From Candidatus Eiseniibacteriota bacterium (GTDB lineage Bacteria > Eisenbacteria > RBG-16-71-46), in contig CAVUWA010000004.1 of assembly GCA_963744995.1 (NCBI GenBank), positions 320,001 to 384,000 on the forward strand: 64,000 bases of DNA, written 5' to 3'. The position numbers were made by a program, and so were the translations under genes. Each line of letters starts with the position of its first letter. Positions within the stretch are counted from its first letter, which is position 1. The notes under the pieces are model-generated. The model had not been told where the DNA came from and did no database searches. It saw only the letters and a program-made list of their open reading frames with translations. Below are positions 35,211 through 45,163 of the stretch, one piece after another.

Positions 35211-35408
35211 CTATCGCTTTCCGAGCAGACGAAGGACGCGCGGCTGATCGACTTCGGCGACCAGCGACATGCCGACCAGGCGGCGCTTGCGGTCGCGGGG
35301 CTTGTTGATCATCCCGTGACGGAGACCGGAGTGACCGCGCATCGCTTTGCCCTTGGCGTTCGTCTTGAAGCGCTTCGCGGCGGCGCGGTTGGATTTCATT
35401 TTCGGCAT
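35211..35408 (-). CDS. rpmI: 50S ribosomal protein L35
   Basis: MPKMKSNRAAAKRFK; located between infC and rplT. Confidence 0.95.
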   Translation of the reverse strand: MPKMKSNRAAAKRFKTNAKGKAMRGHSGLRHGMINKPRDRKRRLVGMSLVAEVDQPRVLRLLGKR

Positions 35409-35421
35409 CTGTTCGCTCCTG

Positions 35422-36099
35422 TCAGGCGCGTTTCGCGCCCGTCTCCGGGGCCCTGGCGGCACCGGCGGATGGCTTCTTCACCGGCGCCTTCGCGGCGCCG
35501 GTCGACGGCTTCTTCGCGGCGGGTTTCGGCTTCGCATCGCCTTCGGCGGATGCCGGCTTCGCCCCACCTCCCGTTTTCAGCGGCCGCGGCGAGAGCACCG
35601 CCGTCAGCGTTCTGCCTTCCGAGCGGGGCGACGACTCCACGAGGGCGATGTCGTCCAGCGCGGCGATGACCTTCTGGATCAACCGATGTCCGAGTTCCGG
35701 ATGCGCCATCTCGCGGCCGCGGAACATCACGGTCAGCTTCACCTTGTCGCGATCCTCGAGGAACTCCCGGGCGTGCTGCACCTTGAAACCGTAGTCGTGG
35801 CCCTCGATCTTGGGCCGCATCTTCACTTCCTTGAGCTGCATCTGGTGCTGCTTCTTCTTCGCCTTACGGGCCCGGCGGTTCTGCTCGTACTTGTACTTTC
35901 CGTAATCGAGGATGCGGCAGACGGGCGGCCGGACGTTCGGCGCCACCTCGACGAGATCGAGGCCTCTGGTCCTGGCCATCTCGAGCGCTTCACGGGTGGC
36001 GAGCACTCCGATCTGTTCGCCGTCCTCCCCGATCACTCGGACCTGGGGGACGCGAATACGCTCGTTCACGCGGTTCTCGGGAGTACGGGTCTGCGAAAT
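35422..36099 (-). CDS. infC: Translation initiation factor IF-3 (ATT start)
   Basis: RVNERIRVPQVRVI, DLVEVAP, DYGKYKY and FRGRE; ATT at 36099 lies 8 nt after SD GGAGG, matching the known AUU start of infC. Confidence 0.96.
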   Translation of the reverse strand: MSQTRTPENRVNERIRVPQVRVIGEDGEQIGVLATREALEMARTRGLDLVEVAPNVRPPVCRILDYGKYKYEQNRRARKAKKKQHQMQLKEVKMRPKIEGHDYGFKVQHAREFLEDRDKVKLTVMFRGREMAHPELGHRLIQKVIAALDDIALVESSPRSEGRTLTAVLSPRPLKTGGGAKPASAEGDAKPKPAAKKPSTGAAKAPVKKPSAGAARAPETGAKRA

Positions 36100-36164
36100 G
36101 GCAATTCCCTCCTGGCGTGGACCGTGTCCTGCCCCGGCGCCTGGTCCACGCAATGGAAAAGCGC

Positions 36165-36312
36165 CGGGCGGAATCCCGTCGAAAGCAGAAGTCCGCCCGG
36201 CGCGATGGCCGGTCTCACGATGGTCCGCAACCTTCTGCAGACCGTGATACGGAACCCTTGAGCACGAACGACGTTCGGCGGGGGTGAGAAGCGCGAGGCT
36301 TCTGCTTGATCG
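36165..36312 (-). promoter_or_regulatory. Putative L20-leader-like RNA upstream of infC-rpmI-rplT
   Basis: Minus strand AAGCAGAAGCCTCGCGCTTCTCACC resembles the 5' part of the L20 leader as I recall it. A complementary CTTCTGCTT lies downstream, inside the hairpin GGCGGA...TCCGCC. Confidence 0.55.
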
Positions 36313-36501
36313 ATGCCGGAGCAGGATAGCCGGTGCCTGTCTGGCGCGCAAGGCGAGTGACCCCGGACTGCCACCATTGAACCTGAATCCCGGGGCGGCG
36401 GGCCTCATCCATTGGAGGCGCTGCCGGGCCCTCGGGCCCGGCCGAAGCACCCCGGCCGGGGCCGGGCGGAACGGGACATTCCATCTTCACTGGAGGTTTT
36501 C

Positions 36502-37143
36502 ATGCGTAAGGTGTTGACACTCGTGGTGCTCGCCCTCGCGATCAGTGCCTCCTCGGCGTTCGCCGCCGGGGGCTCGATTTTGAGCCTCGGCGTGTTCCAG
36601 GGCACGGCGGATCTCGTGGGCCCCGAAGCCGGCGGCGGCTACGTCACGGCGTTCGACCACTCGGAGCTCGGCGCAGGGGCCGAGTACTGGTACCTGTTCT
36701 CCGACGACTACGCGCTGGCGGTGCAGGGCTCGTTCGGCTTCTTCACCGAGACCGACAAGCCGGGCGACAACGCCACCGCCGGATCGCCGGAGAAGAAGTT
36801 CTCGATCACGTCCTTCAAGGTTCGCGTCGGCGGCGACCGGGTCGGCCAGATCGGCGACCGCTTCACGTGGTTCATGGGTCCCGGTATCGAGTTCTGGAAC
36901 GGCAAGGCCAAGTTCGAGGGGTTCTTCCCGTCGGGCACCGTGGAAACCGAGAGCACCACGCGGATCGGCGTCAACGGCCGCTTCGGCGGCATCATGAAGC
37001 TGAACGACTCGGTCGGTATCCAGGGCCAGATCGGCCACACGCTGGGCTACGCGACCGCGGAAGAGGCCGGCGCCAAGACCACCTGGTTCCCGAGCGGCTT
37101 CAATGCCTCGTGGGGCCTTGCCTTCAACTTCGGCGCCAACTAG
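36502..37143 (+). CDS. Outer-membrane beta-barrel protein (OmpA/OmpW-like, small)
   Basis: SD GGAGG, signal peptide MRKVLTLVVLALAISASSAFA, alternating aromatic/Gly strands and C-terminal WGLAFNF. Confidence 0.8.
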   Translation: MRKVLTLVVLALAISASSAFAAGGSILSLGVFQGTADLVGPEAGGGYVTAFDHSELGAGAEYWYLFSDDYALAVQGSFGFFTETDKPGDNATAGSPEKKFSITSFKVRVGGDRVGQIGDRFTWFMGPGIEFWNGKAKFEGFFPSGTVETESTTRIGVNGRFGGIMKLNDSVGIQGQIGHTLGYATAEEAGAKTTWFPSGFNASWGLAFNFGAN

Positions 37144-37162
37144 GCCGACAGAGGAACATCCG

Positions 37163-37201
37163 GGCGGGCTGCCCCCCCCCGAAGGGCAGCCCGCCTCATT
37201 T
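37163..37201 (+). terminator. Rho-independent terminator
   Basis: Stem GGCGGGCTGCCC / GGGCAGCCCGCC followed by TCATTT, just after the beta-barrel gene stop. Confidence 0.7.
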
Positions 37202-37229
37202 CATGACGGCCGCGGCGAGCGTCCTGGGT

Positions 37230-37445
37230 TCACCTGCCTCCCGCCCCCCTCATCTCGATCGCCACGCGCAGCGCCAGACCGCTGCAGTCGATCGAATACC
37301 TGGGCCCGTCCGCTTTGCAGACCGTCTGCCCCTGCGTCTGATCTCGCCGATCCGTCCCGGTGCCCGGCATCGGCGATGAGCACGAACTCGGGCGCGGCCC
37401 AGACGTCCACCCCGGCGTGGACCTCGGCCATCCGGCTCTGCGTGG
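37230..37445 (-). pseudogene. Possible degraded fragment of a beta-barrel gene C-terminus
   Basis: Joining two frames gives EVHAGVDVWAAPEFVLIADAG.../...GQTVCKADGPRYSIDCSGLALRVAIEM, which is beta-strand-like; no intact start. Confidence 0.3.
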
Positions 37446-37799
37446 ATCGCCTGAGGAAGAAGCGGCCGCACCGGCCAGCGGGACATGGTCGCTCGGATGG
37501 CGCCGCCGCCGGCTCCATCTCGCGCGACCCTGCGACGCGGGCGGCGTCCGCCCTGCGGAGCGCTCGGTCGCCCGGGCGCGCCCGAGCGGGGTGTGGCGGG
37601 GCCCACCGGGACCCTTTCTTCCGTTTCGCCCCACTTCGTCATTCGACAAGAGGATATGCGGATAGAACCGCGCACCTCACGTAAAGCGCGAAGTCCGCGC
37701 CACGCGCGCCGTTTCGGAGACGTTGACCCGCGCTTCGGACCGCCACTAGCCTCCCGCGAGCGGGCGGCCATGGTGGCCGGACGCAAGGAGGGTGGTCGC

Positions 37800-38400
37800 A
37801 TGAAGAAGGTCATCCAGGGATCGCTGGTCGCGGCGCTGGCGCTGTGCGTGTCTGCGGGTCTCGCTTTCGCGGGCAGCCCGAGCGTGTCGGTGGGATTCAG
37901 CAACTTCACGGTGATCGGCTATCACAGCATGGGCGTGGGGGCAGCGGTCAACGTTCCGTTCGGCTCCGACGGCTGGTCGGCCAACGTCGACGGCCGGTTC
38001 GAATTCGGCAATTACAAGGAAGAGGACAGCTCGGTTCCGATGACGACCGAGGACAAGGTCAGCGGTTTCCGCGTTCGCGGTGGAATCGATCACGCGGTGA
38101 TGGTGGGCGGGATGCGGATCTACGGCGGCACCGGCATCTCGTACGCGAGCCACAAGATCAAGACCGAGCAGACCAACTCACCCGACTTCGAGTCCGAGCC
38201 GTACAAGGTGTTCGGCATCAGCAGCCGCATCGGCGGCAGCGTGCCGCTCGGAGCGGACAACCCCATCGCCATGTTCGTCCAGGCCGAGAACACGGTCGGC
38301 TGGGGGTCGTTCGAGGACGGCAGACTTCAAGGTCACGCAGACCGACGTCGAGAACGGCTTCCAGATCGGATTCCGCTACGACGTTCCCGGGCAGAACTGA
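37800..38400 (+). CDS. Outer-membrane beta-barrel protein (apparent +1 frameshift at ~38322)
   Basis: SD AAGGAGG and signal peptide MKKVIQGSLVAALALCVSAGLAFA. Removing one base gives ...DFKVTQTDVENGFQIGFRYDVPGQN* (stop at 38400) directly before a terminator. Confidence 0.75.
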
Positions 38401-38420
38401 CACTGGCGCGAGAACGACAC

Positions 38421-38450
38421 GGGCCCCGCGACCTTCGGGTCACGGGGCCC
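38421..38450. terminator. Hairpin between convergent beta-barrel gene and thrS
   Basis: GGGCCCCGCGACC-TTCG-GGTCACGGGGCCC with a UUCG tetraloop. Confidence 0.7.
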
Positions 38451-38479
38451 TGTTCATGCTCTGCTGAGCCGCCTGCGGC

Positions 38480-40256
38480 TCAGCTGCGCTCGCGCACTTC
38501 CTTCTGGACCCGCTCGATGAAGGCCTCGCGGCTCATCGCCGCGCAGCTGCCCCTCGCCCTTCCGGCGCGGGGCCACCGTGCCGGCCTCGGCCTCGCGCGG
38601 GCCGACCACGATCATGTACGGCACCTTCTGCAGCTCGGCGTCGCGGATCTTCGCCCCCATCTTCTCCTCGCGCAGATCCACCTCCACGCGCATGCCGGCC
38701 GCCTCGAACATGCGCGCCGTGTCGGCCGCGTAGTCGAAGGCCTTCGGGTTCGCGGGAATGATCACCGCCTGCAGCGGCGCGACCCACACCGGGAACTCGC
38801 CGCCGGTGTGCTCGATGTAGATGCCGACGAAGCGCTCGAGCGAGCCGTAGAGCGCGCGGTGCAGCATGATGACCTCGTGGTCCCTGCCGTCGGGCGCGGT
38901 GTAGTACACGCCGAAGCGCTTCGGCAGGTTCAGGTCCACCTGGATCGTCGGGCACTGCCACTCCCGGCCCAGCGCGTCGCGCAGTTTGACGTCGATCTTC
39001 GGCGCGTAGAACGCGCCGCCGCCCTCGTCCACTTCGTACGGAATGCCGCGGTGTTCGAGCGCCTGGCGCAGCGCGTTCGTCGCGAACTCCCACTCGGCTT
39101 CGCTGCCCAGGTATTTCTCGGCCGGACGCGTCGCCAGATAGCAGGAGTACTCGTACTTGAACGCCTTCAGCAGGAAGTCCATCAGGTCGAGAATGCCCTC
39201 GACCTCTCCCGCCAGCTGGTCGGGCGTGCAGAAGATGTGCGAGTCGTCCTGGGTGAAACCGCGCACGCGCTCCATGCCGTGCAGCACGCCGGACCGCTCG
39301 TAGCGGTACACGGTGCCCAGCTCGGCGTAGCGCAGCGGCAGGTCGCGGTACGAATGCTTGCGCGAGTTGTAGATCATGATGTGGCCGGGACAGTTCATCG
39401 GCTTCACCCGGTAGGGCTGGCCGTCGATGTCCATCGGCGAGTACATCATCTCGGCGTAGTTCTGCAGGTGCCCCGAGATCTCGAACAGCTTCTCGCTGGC
39501 GATGTGCGGCGTGTAGACGAACTGGTAGCCGCGCCGCTGATGCTCGTCCTTCCAGAACGCCTCGATCAGGTGGCGCAGCATGCCGCCCTTCGGATGCCAG
39601 TGGATCAGCCCGGCGCCCACTTCCTCGTGTACCGAATAGAGCTCGAGTTCCTTCCCGAGCCTGCGGTGGTCGCGCTTGAGCGATTCCTCGATCCGTGCCA
39701 GATGCGCTTCGAGATCCTTTGCGCTCGCGAACGCGGTGCCGTAGATGCGCTGCAGCATCTCGTTGCGCTCGCTGCCGAGCCAGTAGGCGCCGGCGACGTG
39801 CGTCAGCTTGAAGGCGCCGATCTTCCCGGTGCTCTCGACGTGCGGACCGCGGCACAGGTCGAGGAAGCCACCGTTGCGGTAGAAGGTGACTTTCGCGTCC
39901 TCGGGGATCTGCGACAGGAAGTGCAGCTTGTAGGTCTCCCCCGCCTTCTCGAACAGCGCGCGCGCTTCGGCGCGCGAGGACTCGGAATACTCGAACTTCT
40001 GATCCTCGGCGACGATCTCGCGCATGCGCGCCTCGATCTTCTCGAGATCCTCCGGCGTGAACGGCTCGGCGCGGGCGAAGTCGTAGTAGAAGCCGCCGTC
40101 GATGGGCGGTCCGCCGGCGACCTTGACGTCCGGGAACAGCTGGGTAACCGCGGTGGCGAGCACGTGCGCCGCCGAGTGGCGCAGGCGGTAGAGCGCCTCG
40201 CCGCCAGGGTACTTCGAGAGGTCGGGGCCTGCGGCGTCGGCGGAAGCTCTGGACAT
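38480..40256 (-). CDS. thrS: Threonyl-tRNA synthetase (no TGS domain; apparent frameshift at ~38544)
   Basis: RHSAAHVLA, DLCRGPH, RDHRRLG, KPMNCPGH, RVRGFTQDD and HRALYGSLERF. Removing one base restores the C-terminus AAMSREAFIERVQKEVRERS* (stop at 38480). Confidence 0.96.
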
Positions 40257-40380
40257 GTCGGCGAATCCCTGCGGCCGGAGAAGGCGCGCGTCACATTGCA
40301 AACGGCCATCCGACGCGGCCTCGGCCGCCGGGCCGTCGGGACACCGTGCCGGGCGTGTCGCTCCGGCCGAAGCCCCAAAA

Positions 40381-40456
40381 TGGTGGGCGCTACTGGACTT
40401 GAACCAGTGACCCCTTGCTTGTCGAGCAAGTGCTCTACCAGCTGAGCTAAGCGCCC
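40381..40456 (-). tRNA. tRNA-Val(GAC)
   Basis: GGGCGCTTAGCTCAGCTGGTAGAGCACTTGCTCGACAAGCAAGGGGTCACTGGTTCAAGTCCAGTAGCGCCCACCA; anticodon GAC. Confidence 0.97.
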
Positions 40457-40469
40457 TTCAGGACGGGGG

Positions 40470-40499
40470 ATCAAAGCGGAGCGATGCCGCTGTTGTCAA
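40470..40499 (-). promoter_or_regulatory. Putative sigma70 promoter for tRNA-Val/thrS
   Basis: TTGACA-N18-TTTGAT, 14 nt upstream of the tRNA. Confidence 0.5.
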
Positions 40500-40615
40500 G
40501 CGTGCGGCCTCTGGTCCGACCCTTGCACAAGGGCATTTCGCCCGCCCTTCTCATCGTCCGTCCGGGTCCCAATCCACGCGCGGTGGAACCGCGCATCACG
40601 GCCAGGGAGTGAAGC

Positions 40616-41191
40616 ATGAAGAAGTGCATGGTCACCATCGTTCTGGCGTGTTTTTGCACGCTCGTGTCGCAGAATGCAATGGCAGACGCCGATCTCGGGC
40701 TCAAGAGCGTCGGCGTCAACGTGGGGATGGTGAGCCCCGAGCACGTCGATGCCACGTTCGGGCTCGGCGTCTTCGCGAACAACGGCTACATCACCCCCGA
40801 GATCCAGCTCGAATCGCGCATCGACTACTGGGGCAAGTCCGACAGCTCCCCGTACGGCGACCTGAAGTTCAGCGACGTCGCCGTCGGCGCGCGCGGCAAG
40901 TACATGTTCCCGACCTCTTCGCCGACCGTGCATCCGTTCGCGGGACTGGGGCTCGGCATGCACTTCCTGCACTCGAGCGTCGAAGTGCCGCCGATGGACT
41001 TCGGCGGCGGGACGATCCCGGGCTATACGGTGTCCGACTCCGAGACGCGGCTCGGCCTCGATCTCGGCGGCGGCTTCGAGATGCCGGTGAACCCGTCGTC
41101 GGACTTCGTCGCGGAAGCCTGGTACGGCATCGTCAGCGACGTGAATCAGTTCGCCGTCAAGATCGGCATGGCCTGGCACATGCACCCCTGA
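40616..41191 (+). CDS. Outer-membrane beta-barrel protein
   Basis: Signal peptide, HPFAGLGLGMHF, GLDLGGGFE and C-terminal VKIGMAW strand. Confidence 0.82.
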   Translation: MKKCMVTIVLACFCTLVSQNAMADADLGLKSVGVNVGMVSPEHVDATFGLGVFANNGYITPEIQLESRIDYWGKSDSSPYGDLKFSDVAVGARGKYMFPTSSPTVHPFAGLGLGMHFLHSSVEVPPMDFGGGTIPGYTVSDSETRLGLDLGGGFEMPVNPSSDFVAEAWYGIVSDVNQFAVKIGMAWHMHP

Positions 41192-41213
41192 CGCGTTCCC
41201 GAAGAACGCGAAC

Positions 41214-41246
41214 GAGGGGCGGCCGGATTCCTCCGGCCGCCCCTTC
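41214..41246. terminator. Hairpin between convergent beta-barrel gene and DAHP synthase
   Basis: AGGGGCGGCCGGA-TTCC-TCCGGCCGCCCCT. Confidence 0.7.
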
Positions 41247-41268
41247 GTGCGTGCGGCGCGCCCCGCCC

Positions 41269-42282
41269 CTACACGTGCCGGCCGATCGCTTCGGCGATGG
41301 TGCGGATCTGCCCGACCAGTTCCGCATACTGCGCCGGGTACAGCGACTGCGCGCCGTCCGACATCGCGTGGTCGGGATCGTGGTGCACCTCGATGATCAG
41401 CCCGTCCGCGCCCGCGGCGATGCCGGCGCGCGCCATCGGCGCCACTTTGTTGCGGATGCCGGTGCCGTGCGAAGGGTCCACGATGACCGGCAGGTGCGAA
41501 AGCTCCTTCACCACCGGAATGGCGTTCAGATCGAGCGTGTTGCGGGTGTAGGTCTCGAACGTGCGAATGCCGCGCTCGCACAGGATCACCTGGGCGTTGC
41601 CCTGCGACACCACGTGCTCCGCGCTCATCAGCCACTCTTCGATCGTGGCCGCGAGACCGCGCTTGAGGAGCACCGGCTTCTCGGCGTGGCCGACGGCGCG
41701 CAGCAGCGCGAAGTTCTGCATGTTGCGCGCGCCGATCTGCAGCACGTCGGCGTAGCGGGCGACCAGCGGCACCAGCTCGGTGTCGAGCACTTCGCTCACC
41801 ACCGCGAGGCCGTGGGCGTCCGCGGCGCGGCGCAGGATCTTCAGGCCCTCTTCGCCCAGGCCGCGGAACGAGTACGGCGAGGTGCGCGGCTTGTAGGCGC
41901 CGCCGCGCAGCGCGGTCGCGCCGGCGGCGGCCACCGCTGCCGCGATCGTGAACGCCTGCTCCTCGCCCTCGACCGAGCACGGCCCCGCGATCAGCGACAG
42001 CCGCGCTCCGCCCACCGCGCAGCGGCCCACCGTGATCTGGGTGTCCTGCGGGTGGAACACGCGGCTCACCAGTTTGAAGGGGACCGGGATCTCCTGCAAC
42101 GACTCGACGCCGGTCCAGGTCCCGACGTCCTTCCAGTCGACCGGCGCGCCGTCGCCCATCGCGGCGATCCGGACGCGGCCCTCGTGCGCGGTGCGGTGGA
42201 CGGCGAGGCCGAACATCCTGAGCCGTGCGGTGATGTCGTTGGCCGTGCGCTCGGCGACCCCCTTCTCGAGCAGGATCAGCAC
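41269..42282 (-). CDS. aroF: DAHP synthase, type I-beta with N-terminal ferredoxin-like regulatory domain
   Basis: [49 protein letters not shown] and SDGAQSL; probable GTG start at 42282. Confidence 0.95.
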   Translation of the reverse strand: MLILLEKGVAERTANDITARLRMFGLAVHRTAHEGRVRIAAMGDGAPVDWKDVGTWTGVESLQEIPVPFKLVSRVFHPQDTQITVGRCAVGGARLSLIAGPCSVEGEEQAFTIAAAVAAAGATALRGGAYKPRTSPYSFRGLGEEGLKILRRAADAHGLAVVSEVLDTELVPLVARYADVLQIGARNMQNFALLRAVGHAEKPVLLKRGLAATIEEWLMSAEHVVSQGNAQVILCERGIRTFETYTRNTLDLNAIPVVKELSHLPVIVDPSHGTGIRNKVAPMARAGIAAGADGLIIEVHHDPDHAMSDGAQSLYPAQYAELVGQIRTIAEAIGRHV

Positions 42283-42353
42283 GGGCGGCCGGCGCCCCAC
42301 CGCGAAGCGTCCCGAATCATCATGGCGTCCTTCGGCCGGGCCGCGCCCGGGTC

Positions 42354-42385
42354 AACAAAGAAGCCCACGCCGATCTGGCGTGGGC
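42354..42385 (-). terminator. Attenuator terminator upstream of aroF
   Basis: GCCCACGCC-AGATC-GGCGTGGGC followed by TTCTTTGTT on the minus strand. Confidence 0.85.
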
Positions 42386-42410
42386 CGGGAGTGTGTCTCG
42401 ATTCGAAGGC

Positions 42411-42491
42411 TCAGCGCGCGAGCGCGCGTTCCCGACCCCGCCGTATCCGGCCGTGCCAGCGCCACCAGCGAGTCGAGAGCGTGCGAATCAA
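42411..42491 (-). CDS. Trp-rich leader peptide (26 aa) MIRTLSTRWWRWHGRIRRGRERALAR
   Basis: SD GGAGGA, TTG start, TGG-TGG-CGC-TGG codons, overlap with an antiterminator arm and a terminator downstream; not in the ORF track. Confidence 0.85.
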   Translation of the reverse strand: MIRTLSTRWWRWHGRIRRGRERALAR

Positions 42492-42518
42492 GGCGTTCCT
42501 CCACGTGAAGTGCGGGAA

Positions 42519-42548
42519 AGCCTAGCATGGGGTTTCGCGGAGGGTCAA
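42519..42548 (-). promoter_or_regulatory. Putative sigma70 promoter of leader-aroF
   Basis: TTGACC-N18-TAGGCT with extended TG. Confidence 0.5.
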
Positions 42549-42677
42549 CGACGCGGCCCGGGTCCGTCCGTGAACGCGAGCGGTGGCAGGACACGGTCGA
42601 CGCTCGCCGCCGGGCAGCCGACGATGCACCGCGCTCCTCGCCCCCTCCGCTCCGGTTCCTCACGTTCCCGAGCGTGG

Positions 42678-44003
42678 CTAACGCAGGACCGTGATCCGCG
42701 CGGTGAGCGTGCGTCCCATGGTGTCCATCCGGATCCAATAGAGCCCGGCCCCGACCGGAACGCCCCGCTCATCGCGACCGTCCCAGGGGACCTCGCTGCG
42801 GCCGGCAGCGAACGTGCGTTCGGCGAGCGCCTGCACGCGGCGTCCCGTGAGATCGTAGATGCCGATCCGCACACCGGTCGCTTCGGGCAGCGTGAAGCGA
42901 ACCCGGGTGCCGGTGTGCATCGGGTTCGGCGCGGCGCCCGCGAGCGCCAGCGTGCGCGCGGATTCCGGTGCCTCGACCTGGAGCAGCGCCTCGGGCGTCA
43001 ACCGGAAGGCATGGGTCGCCCCGTTCAGCGTGCCGAGGCCGACGATGCGGCCGTCGTCGTTGACGCCGCTCGCGCTGGACAGCAACCAGCCCGAGCCGTC
43101 CGGAATGCGGGTGTTGAGGTTCACGATCTTGACGCCGTCCCAGAGGAATGCGGCCTGTACGCCGTCGGCGCGGGTGGAGGCGCCGACGATCTCGCCCGTG
43201 TTGTTGATGCCGAACGCGGCGCTGTAGTTGCCGCCGAGCGAGCCGAGGTCGATCAGGACGCCCTCGGACCACAGGAACGCGTGGCTCACGTAGTTCGGGA
43301 TCTTCATCGACCACCCGACGACCTTGTCCGCGTCGTTCAGGGCGTACGCGTGTCCGGACCAGCCGCCGAGCGAGCCGAGGTCGATCTTCTGTCCGTCGCG
43401 CCAGAGGCACGGACGCAGGTCGCCGTTCGAGGCCTGCGCGAAGCCGCAGATGTCACCCTGCGCGTTGATCGCGTAGGCGCGGGATTCGGTCCCGCCGAGC
43501 GTACCGAGATCCTCCAGCCCGTCGCCGTGCCAGACGAAGGCGCGCTCGTGACCGCCGGGCACGGTGATGCTCGAGCCCACGACCACGCGATCGTCGTTGA
43601 TGCCGCGCGCGTCACTGAAGCCGCCGAACGTGCCGAGGTCGATCATGGCGCCCGACTTGTAGAGGAAGGCGTGGCGCTGGCCGTCCGCCAGCAGCGACCA
43701 GCCCACGGCCTCACCGTAGCGGTTGACGCCGCCCGCACTGCTCTGCAGACCGCCCAGGGTGCCGAGGTCGAGCATGGTGCCGTCTTCGTAGAGGAAAGCG
43801 TGCAGGTAGGGGCTGGCATTCACGCGCGAGAGCCCGGCCACGGTGCCGTGCGCGGCAATCGCCAGGGCACCGCTCAAATCGCCGCCCAGGGTGCCGAGGT
43901 CCTCGATCGCGTAGTTCTGCGCCCGGGCGGCCGGGACCAGCAGCGTGAGCGCCAGCACTCCGGCCGGGACGACGCGCAGGAATCGTGCGCCGATCCGCTT
44001 CAT
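42678..44003 (-). CDS. Secreted HAF-repeat protein with C-terminal FlgD/T9SS-like domain
   Basis: Signal peptide, about 7 repeats of DLGTLGG..S.A..IN..G.VVG......HAFLW, and C-terminus APNP...IYDLTGRRV...WDGRD...GLYWIR. Confidence 0.88.
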   Translation of the reverse strand: MKRIGARFLRVVPAGVLALTLLVPAARAQNYAIEDLGTLGGDLSGALAIAAHGTVAGLSRVNASPYLHAFLYEDGTMLDLGTLGGLQSSAGGVNRYGEAVGWSLLADGQRHAFLYKSGAMIDLGTFGGFSDARGINDDRVVVGSSITVPGGHERAFVWHGDGLEDLGTLGGTESRAYAINAQGDICGFAQASNGDLRPCLWRDGQKIDLGSLGGWSGHAYALNDADKVVGWSMKIPNYVSHAFLWSEGVLIDLGSLGGNYSAAFGINNTGEIVGASTRADGVQAAFLWDGVKIVNLNTRIPDGSGWLLSSASGVNDDGRIVGLGTLNGATHAFRLTPEALLQVEAPESARTLALAGAAPNPMHTGTRVRFTLPEATGVRIGIYDLTGRRVQALAERTFAAGRSEVPWDGRDERGVPVGAGLYWIRMDTMGRTLTARITVLR

Positions 44004-44097
44004 GGCATGCCCTTCTCCTGCCTGCGGCCTCCGTGGCGCGGCCCGGCGGGTCACGCGACTGACACTAGCACCATTCCCGGCGTGCGGGGAGCGCGTT

Positions 44098-45159
44098 TCA
44101 GCGTTCGCGGCCGCGCAGCGCTCGCTGCCTCAGCCACACGTCCATGAGCGTGATCGCCAGCATGCTCTCGGCCACGGGCACCACCCGCGGGCAGATGCAG
44201 GGATCGTGGCGGCCCTCGATCGCGATGGTCGTGGTTCCGCCCCCTTTCTTCGCCGCGGTCTGCGGCTTGCCGATCGACGTCGCCGGCCGCACCGCGACCC
44301 GGGCGACGACCTCCGCCCCGTTCGAGATTCCGCCCGCGACGCCACCGGCGTGATTCGTCGCGAAGCGCCGGCCGTCGAAGACGTCGTTGGTCTCGGAACC
44401 GTGCAGCGCGCACATGCCGAAGCCGCCGCCGATCTCGACCCCCTTGGTCGCGGGGATCGACAGCATCGCGAGGCCGATCAGGGCGTCGAGCTTCGCCATC
44501 GTGGGGTCGCCCCAGCCCGCCGGCACGCCTTGCGCGACGACTTCGACCACGCCCCCGACCGAGTCCTTCGCGTCGCGCGCCGCCTCGATCACCGCCGCCA
44601 TCTCCGCGGCTGCCGCCGCATCCGGACAGCGCACCGGATTGTTCTCGACCTCGTTCCAGTCGCGGGCCGCGGCGCGCACGTCCGCGACCTGCACCGTGCC
44701 GCCGACGACGCTGACGCCGACGGTGCCGAGCGCCGCGCGCGCGAGCGCGCCCGCGGCGACGCGGCCCACCGTCTCGCGGCCGGACGAGCGGCCGCCGCCG
44801 CGATGGTCGCGGATGCCGTACTTCGCGAAGGTGCTGTAGTCGGCGTGTCCCGGCCGGTACACGTCCTTGAGCGCGTCGTAGTCCTTCGAGCGCTGGTCGG
44901 TGTTGCGCACGAGCATGGCGATCGGCGTGCCGAGCGTACGGCCCTCGAACCACCCGGAGAGCACCTCGACGCGATCGGCTTCCTTGCGCTGGGTGGTGAG
45001 CGCGCTCTGGCCCGGGCGGCGCCGATCGAGCTCCAGCTGGATCGCCTCGACGGCGATCTCGACCCCGGGCGGCATGCCGTCCACGACGACTCCGACGCCC
45101 GCGCCGTGCGACTCGCCGAACGTCGTCACGCGGAACAGCTGGCCGAAGGTGGACGACAT
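44098..45159 (-). CDS. aroC: Chorismate synthase
   Basis: TTFGESHG, RRPGQS, RPGHADY, GGGRSSGRET, GGISNG and GRHDPC. Confidence 0.96.
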   Translation of the reverse strand: MSSTFGQLFRVTTFGESHGAGVGVVVDGMPPGVEIAVEAIQLELDRRRPGQSALTTQRKEADRVEVLSGWFEGRTLGTPIAMLVRNTDQRSKDYDALKDVYRPGHADYSTFAKYGIRDHRGGGRSSGRETVGRVAAGALARAALGTVGVSVVGGTVQVADVRAAARDWNEVENNPVRCPDAAAAAEMAAVIEAARDAKDSVGGVVEVVAQGVPAGWGDPTMAKLDALIGLAMLSIPATKGVEIGGGFGMCALHGSETNDVFDGRRFATNHAGGVAGGISNGAEVVARVAVRPATSIGKPQTAAKKGGGTTTIAIEGRHDPCICPRVVPVAESMLAITLMDVWLRQRALRGRER

Positions 45160-45163
45160 CGGC

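Noticed and set aside
37485..40445. 986-aa plus-strand ORF and other very long antisense ORFs (e.g. 31218..33758, 58594..62379, 54620..57358)
   Set aside because: These are shadow frames of real genes in high-GC DNA. The 986-aa ORF is a barrel gene frameshifted into the antisense of thrS.
43000..43920. Repeated nucleotide motifs (CCGAGGTC...CCGCCGAG)
   Set aside because: They are explained by the HAF protein repeats, not by a DNA-level array.
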